Assembly: GCA_964478545.1 (NCBI GenBank)
Contig: CAYZIS010000003.1
Location: 65,941-129,940, forward strand
DNA from: an uncultured Thermodesulfobacteriota bacterium
GTDB lineage: Bacteria; Desulfobacterota; Anaeroferrophillalia; Anaeroferrophillales; Anaeroferrophillaceae
Direction of reading: 5' to 3'
DNA: 64,000 bases
Part shown: positions 41,014 through 50,712 of the stretch, piece after piece
How the letters are laid out: each line of letters starts with the position of its first letter
How positions within the stretch are numbered: position 1 is the first letter of the stretch
Notes under the pieces: generated by a model
The model's database searches: none
What the model was told of the DNA's origin: nothing
What the model saw: the letters and a program-made list of their open reading frames with translations, nothing else
Made by a program: the position numbers and the translations under genes

Positions 41014-41788
41014 ATGGGGCTTCCTGATTGATTGTAACTCTTTTCTGACGCGTCAATTCCAGCAGGGCTAAAAAAAGAACAACCAGTAACGAGGTATCAG
41101 CACTGAACCGTTCCACCAGCTCAGAAAATCTAACCGTTGCCTGACGGCTCAAAGTTTCATTGACCCGATTGTATATTTCATCCATATTTATCAAATCCCG
41201 GTTAATTTCATAACGTTCCTGGCTGGCTCTCCGGCGTTCATATAATTGCAGAAAAGCCGTCAATAAATCGCTCAGGCTGACAGCGTACTGTTCTTCAAGC
41301 GATACATCAATTTGGGCTTCATCTTCCAGAAGATTCTGCAAATCTGTCTCCTCCGGCGAAAAACAGTCCCAACCGTTCAATGGCTGTTGTGCCAGGTATT
41401 TAGCCCCCTTTTTATAAAGCTCATACGCCTGCAGCCGGGCAATAATTTCCTCCCGAGGATCTTCACCTTGTTCATCCTCAGCACCTTCATCGTCCAACTG
41501 CTGTCGCAGGAGTATCCGGGATTTAATTTGAATCAGGGTTGCAGCCATCAACAGATACTCTGAAGCTATGGACAGATTCATCTCCTCCATCAATTCCAGG
41601 TAGGCCAGATATTGTCTGGCAATGGAAATAATAGGTATATTTTCAATGGCCACGCGATTTTTTTTCACCAGGAAAAGCAAGAGGTCCAGCGGTCCTTCGA
41701 AGCTGTCCAGAAGTACATAAAACTGTTCTTCCAATACGGCGTAGAGAGCCCGCTGGTGGGCGGGAGGGAAAAAAGCAGGTTCATTCAT
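40982..41788 (-). CDS. scpA: segregation and condensation protein A
   Basis: 268 aa kleisin. N-terminal FEGPLDLLLFLVKKNRV motif. Confidence 0.8.
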   Translation of the reverse strand: MNEPAFFPPAHQRALYAVLEEQFYVLLDSFEGPLDLLLFLVKKNRVAIENIPIISIARQYLAYLELMEEMNLSIASEYLLMAATLIQIKSRILLRQQLDDEGAEDEQGEDPREEIIARLQAYELYKKGAKYLAQQPLNGWDCFSPEETDLQNLLEDEAQIDVSLEEQYAVSLSDLLTAFLQLYERRRASQERYEINRDLINMDEIYNRVNETLSRQATVRFSELVERFSADTSLLVVLFLALLELTRQKRVTINQEAPFEPLLITGGI

Positions 41789-41812
41789 AGAATTCTTTTT
41801 GGGCCATTTTTA

Positions 41813-42808
41813 TCAAATCTTCATGTGGTCACGGACCTGCGCCATGGTTGCGGCAGCTATTTCCCGGGCCCGGGTATTACCGTTTTCAATAATTTCCCGG
41901 AGCAGATTAGGATGGTCTTCGTAATAGCGCCGTTTTTCCCGTACCGGGGCTAGCTTGACCAGCAGGTTCTGCATCAGGATTTTCTTGCATTCGCCACAGC
42001 CGATTTCAGCCAGGGGACATTCCCGCTTAATGTGCTCCACCTCTTCGGTACTGGAATAGAGAGGGTGAAGAGGAAAAAGATTACAAACTTCAGGGTCTCC
42101 CGGATCTTTAAGCCTGGCCCGCTGGGTATCGGTCACCATCTGCAGTACCTTTTTCCTGATGGTTTCCTCATCATCGGCCAGATAGATGGCATTATTGTAA
42201 CTTTTACTCATTTTGCGCCCGTCCAGGCCCATGAGCTTGGGAACTTCAGTCAAAATAGGCTTTGGTACCGGGAAAACCTCCCCATAGAGATAATTGAACC
42301 TGCGGGTAATTTCCCGGGTCAACTCCACGTGGGGAAGCTGGTCAACCCCGATAGGCACCAGGTGTGAACGGTACATAATGATATCAGCCGCCTGCAGCAC
42401 CGGATAGCCTAAAAACCCATAGGTTGCCAGATCATCGTTTTTATTTTCATTTCCATTTTGACTATCTTTGAAGGTGGGATTGCGCAAAAGCCATGAAAGT
42501 GGCGTAATCATGGAGAGCAGCAAGTGCAGTTCCGCATGCTCTTTAATTTTGGACTGGATGAAAAGCGTCACTTTATCCGGATCAATACCAACACTCAGCC
42601 AGTCGAGAAATAAATCCTGGATACTGTCTTTGACAATCTCCGGATGTTGAAACTCACTGGTCAACGCGTGCCAGTCAGCGGCAAAAAAGAAACAATCATA
42701 CTGCTCTTGAAACTCAAGCCAATTTGTCAACACGCCATGGAAATGGCCCAGATGAAGTTTGCCGGTGGTGCGCATCCCGGATACTACCCGTTTTTTTTCA
42801 TTTACCAT
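41813..42808 (-). CDS. trpS: tryptophan--tRNA ligase
   Basis: 331 aa class I aaRS. HIGH-type GKLHLGH and KMSKS motifs. Confidence 0.9.
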   Translation of the reverse strand: MVNEKKRVVSGMRTTGKLHLGHFHGVLTNWLEFQEQYDCFFFAADWHALTSEFQHPEIVKDSIQDLFLDWLSVGIDPDKVTLFIQSKIKEHAELHLLLSMITPLSWLLRNPTFKDSQNGNENKNDDLATYGFLGYPVLQAADIIMYRSHLVPIGVDQLPHVELTREITRRFNYLYGEVFPVPKPILTEVPKLMGLDGRKMSKSYNNAIYLADDEETIRKKVLQMVTDTQRARLKDPGDPEVCNLFPLHPLYSSTEEVEHIKRECPLAEIGCGECKKILMQNLLVKLAPVREKRRYYEDHPNLLREIIENGNTRAREIAAATMAQVRDHMKI

Positions 42809-42881
42809 CTAAAATATACCCCAATTTATACTTTATATACCATACTATAACATATTGTTATCACAGCTATTATTTATTATT

Positions 42882-43529
42882 CTAACCTAAACCTACCCCG
42901 ATCATAATCTGGGAAAAAAATGAAATAAGCGGAATGATAAACAGGTTAATGGCATTACTGAAGACCAGTAGCAGCAGAATGATAAAACCATATGGTTCAA
43001 TGCGAGCCATAACCATGGATGGCCGGGGTGGTAGCAGATTCGATAAAATCTTTCCACCATCCAATGGTGGAATTGGAATCAAGTTAAAAAACCCCAAGGC
43101 CAGATTGATAATGACACTGACTCTCACCATCATGGTCAGAGGCAGGATCACCTTTGAAACAATCAACGGTCCCATAAATGACAGGGGAGCAAAAGTAAGC
43201 AGATGATAAATAATGGCACTGATTGCAGCCAGCAGGAAATTTGCTACCGGTCCAGCCGCGGCAATCCACAGCATGTTTTTCCGGGGATTGGCCAGGTTGT
43301 CCGGATTAATGGGAACCGGTTTGGCCCAGCCGATAATCCGGGTGATGAAAAAAACCGCGGTTCCGAAAAGATCCAGGTGCTTTAGTGGATTAAGGGTCAG
43401 ACGACCAGCATCACGGGCCGTATGATCGCCAAAGAAATCCGCCATATAACCATGGGCCACTTCATGAAAAGTAACCGCCATCAGCACCGGTACGACCATG
43501 ATGGCGATTTGCTGCATTATTTCGTGCAC
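42882..43529 (-). CDS. site-2 protease family zinc metalloprotease (peptidase M50)
   Basis: 215 aa. The HEVAHG zinc motif sits in the first TM segment. Polytopic membrane protein. Confidence 0.7.
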   Translation of the reverse strand: MHEIMQQIAIMVVPVLMAVTFHEVAHGYMADFFGDHTARDAGRLTLNPLKHLDLFGTAVFFITRIIGWAKPVPINPDNLANPRKNMLWIAAAGPVANFLLAAISAIIYHLLTFAPLSFMGPLIVSKVILPLTMMVRVSVIINLALGFFNLIPIPPLDGGKILSNLLPPRPSMVMARIEPYGFIILLLLVFSNAINLFIIPLISFFSQIMIGVGLG

Positions 43530-43608
43530 GCTCTTCCCTACTCCAAAATAAGAATTGGTGCATCATTAGCAGAAAATAGAAGTATCGTCAATTATCTCTT
43601 CCCTATCC

Positions 43609-43693
43609 CTGGAATTCCGCTATAAGGTCTTATATTTTCTCAACTGGAGTTACTCCAGGCGCTTTTTTGCGCTCAATTACCTGTTTTTTCAAC
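43609..43693. repeat. truncated copy of the GGAATTC-TIR MITE (left ~85 bp only)
   Basis: ctggaattccgctataaggtcttatattttctcaactggagttactccaggcgcttttttgcgctc ... matches the first ~85 bp of the full elements and then diverges, 3 bp from the stop codon of the 43697 gene. Confidence 0.5.
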
Positions 43694-43696
43694 AGT

Positions 43697-45142
43697 TCAA
43701 TATTTCACTCTCACTCGATAAGACAAGATCGTTTCACCTTTGGCGGGAACCGGCACCCGCCAGGAAACCGCTCTGCTGCTTTCTTTTTTATGATTGAGGG
43801 ACTCAGTCAGGATTTCCCAATCACCTGAAATAGGTTCCACTACCTTAATCTCAACCGCCCTTTTTTTGGCATTTTTCAATTTCACCTCAAAGGCTGCCTC
43901 GTAAATATAGTTATAGCGACTATCGCCCCCGATTTTCTTGAAATCGGTCTGTTTTTTAGCCGCCGTCAGATCAAAAGCATCTCCCAATTTCAAACGTATG
44001 GTTTCATTTTCCGGCGTATGATCAATTTTATCCTCACCAACAAACTGCAGAGAACCATTACTATCTTCTTTATAAACCCGGACGACTCCTTTTGGTAATG
44101 GCAGACCAAGATGATTCTTTTTGCAGTTTTCAATGGTAACAAAAACACCGACTGTAAACTTGCGGCCGATTTCACCATAGGCTTGGTGGTAATAATAAGA
44201 GCTGCCCGGCAAAAGAAACTCTTTTTCACAGGGGACGGATGCCGCCTGCAGCAGAGCAACCTGCTTCCTCTGATTTTCAGCGATAGTTGTTGGCCGACCA
44301 AGGGTGTAGAGATGGTACTCAAACAGATCTTCCTGAGCCATATTAGGCGCTGTTGCCGGCATCGCTTCCAGCATCATTTTCTGCCGTCGACTATTGTCAA
44401 AGGCACGCTCAGCCGGAACCTGATGCACATCACCAGCCACCAATTGCAGTTTTGCATGTTTATAAGTAGCGCCACTCTTATTGGTCAGGGTTACCCAACC
44501 GCTGAGGTTGAGGGCATCTTCGGCGGCATTCAATTCCGCCACGTAATCAGCCTGCCATTGTAAACCGCCAGTCAAATAACTTAACTCCATCTCTTTTGTA
44601 CCACTTTTATCACTATCCACGATCATGGTCAGGGTTGGCCGATCACGTAAATTATCCGGAACACCGGAAAAAGAAAGGCGGCCGGGCACACCAGTTTCTA
44701 TGTGACCATCATCAAACTGGAGAACAACCCCGCTGTTGGCGCTTAAAACCTTGGCATCATGATGGGTCTCAGCTCCGGTTGTTGGATGCTGGCTGATTAC
44801 CTCAACCTGGCGGCCGACGTATTTCCGTAAAAGAGATTCCGGAGTCAAGAGGTCAAATTCAAAATTCTGTTCAATTACCGCCAGACCCCCGGCACTCAAA
44901 AGAGCCGTCTCTGGCCTCATCTTGGCGCTGACTTCACGAAAAGCCAACGTCACTTCACCTTTTGGCACATTGAGGCGGCGTCTATCCTTGACCAGGGCTA
45001 AATTCTGGTTATAAATAGTCACTGCAACTCCCATTTGATCATCAAGGGTTGTCACCACCTCACCTGCCTGAATCTTCCCGGGCAGCACCAAAGCCACTAA
45101 TAAAATTACTATAAAACTTAGAATACAAATCAGCTTACGCAA
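43697..45142 (-). CDS. DUF4139-like secreted/membrane-anchored protein
   Basis: Start re-assigned to TTG at 45142, preceded by a perfect RBS aaggaggg with 8-nt spacing. This gives an N-terminal signal/anchor MRKLICILSFIVILLVALVLPG. Extending the ORF to 45337 would overlap the upstream gene. The DUF4139 assignment is tentative. Confidence 0.55.
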   Translation of the reverse strand: MRKLICILSFIVILLVALVLPGKIQAGEVVTTLDDQMGVAVTIYNQNLALVKDRRRLNVPKGEVTLAFREVSAKMRPETALLSAGGLAVIEQNFEFDLLTPESLLRKYVGRQVEVISQHPTTGAETHHDAKVLSANSGVVLQFDDGHIETGVPGRLSFSGVPDNLRDRPTLTMIVDSDKSGTKEMELSYLTGGLQWQADYVAELNAAEDALNLSGWVTLTNKSGATYKHAKLQLVAGDVHQVPAERAFDNSRRQKMMLEAMPATAPNMAQEDLFEYHLYTLGRPTTIAENQRKQVALLQAASVPCEKEFLLPGSSYYYHQAYGEIGRKFTVGVFVTIENCKKNHLGLPLPKGVVRVYKEDSNGSLQFVGEDKIDHTPENETIRLKLGDAFDLTAAKKQTDFKKIGGDSRYNYIYEAAFEVKLKNAKKRAVEIKVVEPISGDWEILTESLNHKKESSRAVSWRVPVPAKGETILSYRVRVKY

Positions 45143-45191
45143 TATAATTGCCCTCCTTTTCTCATATAAATATTTGTTATCTCGTAATAAA

Positions 45192-45638
45192 TTATTTATT
45201 AGCGGTTTCTGTATATGGGATATTATTTTCTTTACACCAATCAATAGCCATGCGCTTGAAAACTTCTCGGCGATATTGAAACCAATTTTGTTCAATATCA
45301 TATTCAAAAATATTATCCTTGAATCTTCTGAAGGCACCGCTGCCTTTGATTGAGCGATACATTTTGTCTCTCAAATTTTCATCCTCCAGAGACAAACAAA
45401 ATTCCTCCATGATTTGGTATTCATGAATATCAAATTGCGAAGGTAATGAAATATAATCTTTTTCCGACTCAAGTACATCGATTGCGACTTGAATAGCTTC
45501 CTGCTCCCAGTCTGAATAATGAGAAATATCTTTTTCATTTTCGGCAGCGGAGAAATGCTCCTCAGCGACCATTACAATCTCGCCTGTTTTTTTTGTTGAG
45601 ATAGCTTGAGAGGACATCAGATTGGATTTCCATTTCAT
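45192..45638 (-). CDS. hypothetical protein
   Basis: ~148 aa, acidic. Contains IKGSGAFRRFKDNIFEYD. No confident family. Start uncertain (ATG at 45638, or the internal MVAEEHF). Confidence 0.35.
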   Translation of the reverse strand: MKWKSNLMSSQAISTKKTGEIVMVAEEHFSAAENEKDISHYSDWEQEAIQVAIDVLESEKDYISLPSQFDIHEYQIMEEFCLSLEDENLRDKMYRSIKGSGAFRRFKDNIFEYDIEQNWFQYRREVFKRMAIDWCKENNIPYTETANK

Positions 45639-45750
45639 CAATAATATCGTTCAATTTTATTGGTAGAGACATTTGAATATACCTTTTGTTTTTTATTTCG
45701 TTAACGCCAAGGGTCACTTGCCGGGCCGTGATACTCAAAGAGAGAGTGTG

Positions 45751-46076
45751 CTATTCTTAGTTGAAATTGAAATGACCTCCAACCTCTGATAAAGTGTTTT
45801 CAGCAAAACAACAAACATCATTGAATCAGTCAATTCCCAGGCAGAAGAGCGCTGTAGCAAGGTTGATCACTGGAAAAATTCCAACCAGAAACATCGCTGG
45901 CTGGCAGCAGCATTATTGGATATAGAACCTCGTCTGAACAAACTGATAGGTTATCGCCATTTACCATCATTACGAAAAGCCATTATGAAAGATTTAAATC
46001 TTAACCATATCACTCAGAAAAGCGAACAAGCAGCATAATGTGGATGAAGTTGGAGGGAAATTTCAACTAAGAATGG
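45751..46076. mobile_element. ~325-bp MITE/IS remnant with ~16-25-bp terminal inverted repeats
   Basis: Inverted repeats ctattcttagttgaaattgaaatgacctccaac (45751-45783) and gttggagggaaatttcaactaagaatgg (46050-46076). The interior reads like a transposase C-terminal fragment (...RLNKLIGYRHLPSLRKAIMKDLNLNHITQKSEQAA*). It abuts the 3'-truncation point of the FAD-subunit pseudogene. Confidence 0.5.
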
Positions 46077-46077
46077 G

Positions 46078-46698
46078 ATTGACTCCCAAGAGATAAATAA
46101 ACTCCCACCCCCACATGGGCAAGGTCCATGGCTTTACGCTTCATAAATTTCAGGTAAGCTGATCCGGCACCTGTCAGCGGCATCTCGATAATAAATTCTT
46201 TGACTATTTCATCTGGTTTAAGATCAATACGTTTGAAGCCTTGAAAAAATCTTCCAGGGGGATGCTGCGCTCCTTGCCCTGTCGATTGACCAGTTTCAGC
46301 GCCACCCGATAAATCAACAGCGGTGCTGCGCTGTCCGCACCCGGGGAAGCATTGATGATGTTACCGCCCAAGGTGGCAACATTGCGAATTTGTACGGAAG
46401 CCATCTAGTTGACGGCATCATGGAGGGCGGGAAGATAGTCGGTAATCAATTTTGATTTTTCCAGGGTTCTCAGGGTTGTTCCACTGCCGATCACCAGCTT
46501 GTTTCCTGATTGTCTGATACCGCTCAGCACTTTGATATTTCTTAGCGAAATTAACAGGCGAGGATTGATAACCCCCTTTTTAATCAGCAGCAGGATGTCT
46601 GTTCCACCGGAGAGGAACAACGCCTCTTTCCCATGCTGGTGTTTGAGCTTCAGGGCTTCACTGATGGAACCAGCGCGCAGGTAGTCGAAATGTTTCAT
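46078..46698 (-). pseudogene. xanthine dehydrogenase/CO-dehydrogenase family FAD-binding subunit (CoxM/CutM-like), N-terminal ~210 aa, degraded
   Basis: Start MKHFDYLRAGSISEA is coupled to the paaK stop. The FAD_binding_5 motif VATLGGNI is present. There is an in-frame TAG at 46405-46407 and a frameshift near 46215; homology continues as LKPDEIVKEFIIEMPLTGAGSAYLKFMKRKAMDLAHVGVGVY. The C-terminal CO_deh_flav_C domain is absent, and the gene ends at the inverted repeat of the inserted element. Confidence 0.6.
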
Positions 46699-46699
46699 C

Positions 46700-48004
46700 C
46701 TAAATTTCCCGGTTGTCGAAAATGCGCCTGGTTTTCCGTTCACTGCGAGGAAGTTCATTGTAGGCTACAATCTCGATGATGGGGGTAACCATTACTTCAG
46801 CCCGAATCCGGAAAGAAATATTTCTGCTACTTTCCTCATCCAGGCTTTCAGCCACCCCTTCCGCCCTCTCAACTTTCAGGATCAAATAATCCTTACCGTC
46901 ATTCCGCCGTTCAAGGATGACCTGGTATTCACTACCAATATTCTTGATTGGGGAAAGGATGGTACCCAGTTCGCTGGGATACACATTAACGCCGCGGATG
47001 ACGAACATATCATCACTGCGGCCGAGAATCGGCGAATGGCGGGGCAGGATGCAACCACAGGGACATGGTTCCGGAATCAGGCGGACAAGATCACGGGAAC
47101 GGTAGCGAATAAGGGGGGCCGCCTCCTTGGCCAGGGTGGTATAGACCATCTCTCCCACCTCACCGGGAGCAACCGGTTCCAGGGTTTCAGGATTAAGGAC
47201 TTCCAGGATGTAGTAATCGGCCCAGTAGTGGATATTTTCACTGCTATGGCAGCTCAGGCCGGTACCCGGGCCATAAACTTCCGTCAAACCGGGAATATCG
47301 TAATATTCTTCGACCCCCAGTAATTCCATGATCTTTTTTCTCATAGCGGCACTGCTTCTTTCCGAACCAGCGATGATTTTCTTCAGCTGCAGTTTCTCAC
47401 GCAGCCCGCGTTTATTCACTTCCTGGGCGACCAAGAGAGCCATGGAAGCCGTGCAGCACAAAACCGTGGTGCCGAAATCCTGCAAAAAAGTCATCTGCAT
47501 TTCCAGATTGCCCGGCCCGGAAGGAATTGCCATGGCCCCGAATCGCTCACAACCAAGCTGAAACCCGGCCCCGGCGGTCCAGACACCATAACCAACACAG
47601 ATTTGAACCTTGTCGCTTCGGGTCAGGCCGGCCATCTCATAACAGCGGGCAAACATATCCAACCAGTCATCAATATCTTTCTGGGTGTAACAGACAACTT
47701 TGCGTTTTCCGGTGGTTCCAGAAGATGCATGAATCCTGACAATTTCTTCCTGACTAACTGATTTCAGGGGATAGGGATAACCCAGGCGAAAATCATCAGC
47801 GGTGGTAAAGGGTAGCCGGCTCAAGTCAGCCAATGATTTGATATCATCGGGTTTGACCCCGGCTTGATCAATCCGGGCTTTATAAAAAGGCGAATTCTGG
47901 TAGGCATGCTGAACGGTCCATTGCAGACCTTTAAGCTGGAGAGCCTCCAGTTCTGATAAACTTTCAACTTTCGGGGGAAATTTCTTTAAAAACATTTGCA
48001 CCAA
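46700..48004 (-). CDS. paaK: phenylacetate--CoA ligase family (PaaK / F390 synthetase-like) adenylate-forming enzyme
   Basis: 434 aa. AMP-binding motifs SSGTTGKRK and YGPGTG, and the PaaK-family C-terminus. Appears intact. Confidence 0.75.
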   Translation of the reverse strand: MVQMFLKKFPPKVESLSELEALQLKGLQWTVQHAYQNSPFYKARIDQAGVKPDDIKSLADLSRLPFTTADDFRLGYPYPLKSVSQEEIVRIHASSGTTGKRKVVCYTQKDIDDWLDMFARCYEMAGLTRSDKVQICVGYGVWTAGAGFQLGCERFGAMAIPSGPGNLEMQMTFLQDFGTTVLCCTASMALLVAQEVNKRGLREKLQLKKIIAGSERSSAAMRKKIMELLGVEEYYDIPGLTEVYGPGTGLSCHSSENIHYWADYYILEVLNPETLEPVAPGEVGEMVYTTLAKEAAPLIRYRSRDLVRLIPEPCPCGCILPRHSPILGRSDDMFVIRGVNVYPSELGTILSPIKNIGSEYQVILERRNDGKDYLILKVERAEGVAESLDEESSRNISFRIRAEVMVTPIIEIVAYNELPRSERKTRRIFDNREI

Positions 48005-48104
48005 CTCCTTATATGGACTCGTAAAAACTCCATGTAACTAATTGTAACTTACTGATACTATGAATTTTATTTATTTATATTTTATGCTTTTAAAACAATT
48101 AGCA

Positions 48105-48170
48105 GAGATGTCCTGGCTTGGCTCCAAACGGTTTTGGCCGCCGAACGAATCACCAGGGGAAGAATTAAAT
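48105..48170. repeat. GC-rich modular repeat (family 1), copy D
   Basis: gagatgtcctggcttggctccaaacggttttggccgccgaacgaatcaccagggg shares the 'ggttttggccgccgaacgaatcacc' module with 50520-50546 and the 'gatgtcc.ggcttg' module with 33424 and 62362. Confidence 0.5.
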
Positions 48171-48728
48171 CTGTCCCCGGAATTTCTCTATTTCCTGCAG
48201 ATCAAGGGTCATCGTCTCTACATTAATGACTACCCCATAGAGTGCTCGGGCCTGATCCGGGGAGAGAACCCCATTTCTGACATCCTGAAAAACTTTTTCT
48301 GCCTGATAAAGCCATGGGGGAATAGTGCCGATATCTGCCTGGTGCCCCTTGCAGGCCGACCAACCGACCAGGACATCCTGGAAGAATATGGGCTTAAAAG
48401 CCGCCACATCGTTATTTTGGTTGCCCATGGAAAAAACGTCATTGTGGAAAAAAACATCACCAGGATAAACTTCATTGCCAAAATAATCAATGATATATTT
48501 ACAGACCGGGGCCAGAGAAAAAGCCAGGATTGGCAGGTTTTCCGTCTGTTCAAGCATGCGTCCTTTGGCATCATAAAGTCCGGTAACAAAATCCTTGGCT
48601 TCACAGAGAATCGGAGAACAAGTCGTCTTTTCAAGGGTGATACTTATCTCATCGGTTATGGCTTTGAGACGGCGGCGAAGGATGGAGACCAGGACTTTAT
48701 CGATGATCTGGGTCATTTTTCTCTCCAC
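48165..48728 (-). pseudogene. hydantoinase B/oxoprolinase (HyuB) family, N-terminal 187-aa fragment
   Basis: HyuB N-terminal motifs SPILCEAKDFVTGLYD and PGDVFFHNDVF are present. The ORF ends at the family-1 repeat at 48165. The remaining ~350 aa are absent. Confidence 0.6.
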
Positions 48729-48789
48729 GAATGATGGCTTCGTAAAAGCTCCATAGCAGTAGCAAATTTTAGTAACTTACTCCTGAATT

Positions 48790-48912
48790 GCTGTCACTCT
48801 TTTCAGTACCCCCTTGAGGGGTATAAAAAACAAGAAAAGTCTACTTTCTGTCTGGCATTGCCGGGAATATATTTCAGGATGTTCCGGCATGGCTCTCGCT
48901 CATTCTCGCCGG
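48790..48912. repeat. GC-rich modular repeat (family 1), copy A
   Basis: A 47-bp module ctgtcactcttttcagtacccccttgaggggtataaaaaacaagaaa is identical to 62292-62338. It is followed by gggaatatatttcaggatgtt and an inverted 'gcgagaatgagcgagagccatg' module. Confidence 0.6.
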
Positions 48913-49294
48913 CAGCGGTTCATATTCAAGTTCAATCAGGTCCAGGGCTTCCAGGGCCGTAGCTTCATCATCGGCAGCCACCGCCGCCACTTCTTCACCA
49001 ATATAGCGAACTTTATCAACGGCAATAAGTTGATGATCACGGGTATAGCTGAAGACCCCCCCACTTCACATCAAAGAAATCATCCCGGGTCGCCACCGCC
49101 CAAACCCCTGGCAACGCGGCGGCCTTTGAAACATCTATCCGTTTAATCAGAGCATGAGCATGGGAACTGTGGAGGACTTTGCCAACCAGCATATTAGGCA
49201 GGTTGATATCAGCGGTAAAAAGTGCCTCACCGGTTGCTTTTGGCGGTGTATCGATCCGGGGAATACCCTTACCCAGAATTTTATATTTTCCCAT
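48873..49294 (-). pseudogene. xanthine dehydrogenase family molybdopterin-binding large subunit (CoxL-like), N-terminal remnant
   Basis: Ald_Xan_dh_C 'hammerhead' N-terminus GKGIPRIDTPPKATGEALFTAD ... ALPGV. There is a frameshift in a C7/G7 homopolymer at 49056-49062. The reading continues FSYTRDHQLIAVDKVRYIGEEVAAVAADDEATALEALDLIELEYEPLPA and then runs into repeat copy A (48873). About 85% of the gene is missing. Confidence 0.6.
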
Positions 49295-49392
49295 ATTATC
49301 CTCAAGAATTAATCAGATAAGAGTATAATAATTATATAGATAAAATATATTATTGAAGTTATACATCACCCTACTCTACTGTAAGTCTGTAG

Positions 49393-49719
49393 CTAATTTT
49401 GTTTCTTCGACACATCTTCAATGGCGTCAATGATTTTGGCGTAGCCGGTACATCGGCAAAGGTTACCGGAAATAACCTCACGTATCTCATCCCGGTTGAG
49501 CGGTTTATCCTGGTTTTCGACCGCTGCCACCCCGGTTAAAATCATCCTCGGAGAACAAAACCCGCATTGAATGCCATAGTGGTCAACAAAAGACTGCTGC
49601 ATGGGATGCAGTATTTCATTGGGGAAAACTTCCAGGCAATGAATCTCATTATTAACATTAAGTATTACTTCTCTTTTTTCCATCATCTCCCCAAGATCAA
49701 TCAGGATTTTTGTTTTCAT
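49393..49719 (-). pseudogene. (2Fe-2S)-binding small subunit (CoxS-like) with internal deletion of the ferredoxin domain
   Basis: 108 aa. The N-terminus VILNVNNEIHCLEV jumps directly to the second domain (MQQSFVDHYGIQCGFCSPRM ... GNLCRCTGY). The CX4CX2C...C plant-type ferredoxin cluster is missing. Confidence 0.5.
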
Positions 49720-50056
49720 CCTGAAAGTCAGTCACCATTTTCCGCAGCAAAATACCTGCCATCTTTTTTCTGTGCCCGGGTCGGGAACCGATATTGGCAA
49801 CCGGTTTTGCCGCAGCGACCACAGCCGCCGATGCCAGCTCAACAGCATCGTCATCATCATATGTTTTTCCCGATAAAATATTTGCCGCCTTTTCTACAAA
49901 CAGCGGACCTGATGCCAGGGTACCCAAAACAATTTTCAACTGTTTAAAAGATTTATCTTTTGTTATCTCGCCGGCCATTGCTATTCCGGCCAGCGGAAAA
50001 TCCAGCGATTTACGTAAACGAAATTTGCGATAGTCCCCCCCACTTCCGCGAAACAT
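49697..50056 (-). pseudogene. CO-dehydrogenase flavoprotein C-terminal domain fragment (second CoxM-like paralog)
   Basis: GGDYRKFRLRKSLDFPLAGIAMAGEI ... GTLASGPLFVEKAANILSGK matches the CO_deh_flav_C domain. It overlaps in homology with the 46078..46698 fragment, so it comes from a different gene copy. It lacks an N-terminal FAD domain and overlaps the coxS' start. Confidence 0.5.
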
Positions 50057-50404
50057 CTTCTATGACTATGCTCCTGATATAGTCACCGGCTGGAAGCAGA
50101 CCAACAGCTCCTCTTTATTCTCCGGCTGGCAATAATCCATTTTTGGCAGGTTTAACATCCTCCACTACCTCTTTTACGTATACATAAAGATTATTAATGA
50201 AACAAAATAGGGCAATGATAATTGTTTGTCAACGATTTTTTTACAACAAGGTTATAGTTGCTAATAATATGAAAATCAATATTATACACTACTATCAAAG
50301 CATCATCATTAATTATTATTATTTCACTTGACAAATGATGTTATCAACATTTATATGCATACATAAAGAATAGATAATATATGTATTTTTTCCAAAAATA
50401 AGCA

Positions 50405-50640
50405 CCTTGACTTTCTGACTTACATTGCCAGGGATACATTACAGGATGTTAGAGTTTGGTTCATAGCCGTGTCTGCCCAGCCTGCCGGCAGGCTGGGCGA
50501 CAGGCTGGGCGACAGGCTGGCGGTTTTGGCCGCCGAACGAATCACCTGGATGGTGATTCGCGGCGGACGGCTCGGAAGCCGGCCATGGACGGCCGGCGAG
50601 AATGAGTGAGAGCCATGACGGAACATCAGTGGAAATTTCT
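50405..50640. repeat. GC-rich modular repeat (family 1), composite copy C
   Basis: gggatacattacaggatgtt ... tcatagccgtgtctgcccagcctgccggcagg, then a 12-bp micro-tandem (ggctgggcgaca, ~2.5 copies), then ggttttggccgccgaacgaatcacc ... ccggcgagaatgagtgagagccatgacggaacatc. Confidence 0.55.
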
Positions 50641-50712
50641 TTCAGTTGAGATAAAATGTGATATGATCAGTTTTCCGACAGCCAACCCAAACCGCATACC
50701 AAGGAGGAAAAA

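Noticed and set aside
48060-48734. 224-aa plus-strand ORF
   Set aside because: It is antisense to the HyuB N-terminal remnant, which has clear family motifs. There is no independent support.
46078-50056. Idea that the two CoxM-like fragments are halves of one gene split by an insertion
   Set aside because: They overlap in homologous sequence (both contain the Y.KF..RK..D.A segment), so they are different paralogs. Their order on the strand is also wrong for a simple split.
50300-50345. Imperfect palindrome acaaatgatgttatcaacatttat in the AT-rich region upstream of the CoxM-like remnant
   Set aside because: Only 17 of 24 positions are symmetric and there is no cognate regulator gene nearby. 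Possibly an operator, but the support is too weak to call.
50491-50518. 12-bp micro-tandem ggctgggcgaca x2.5
   Set aside because: It is part of the family-1 composite repeat and too short to be considered independently.
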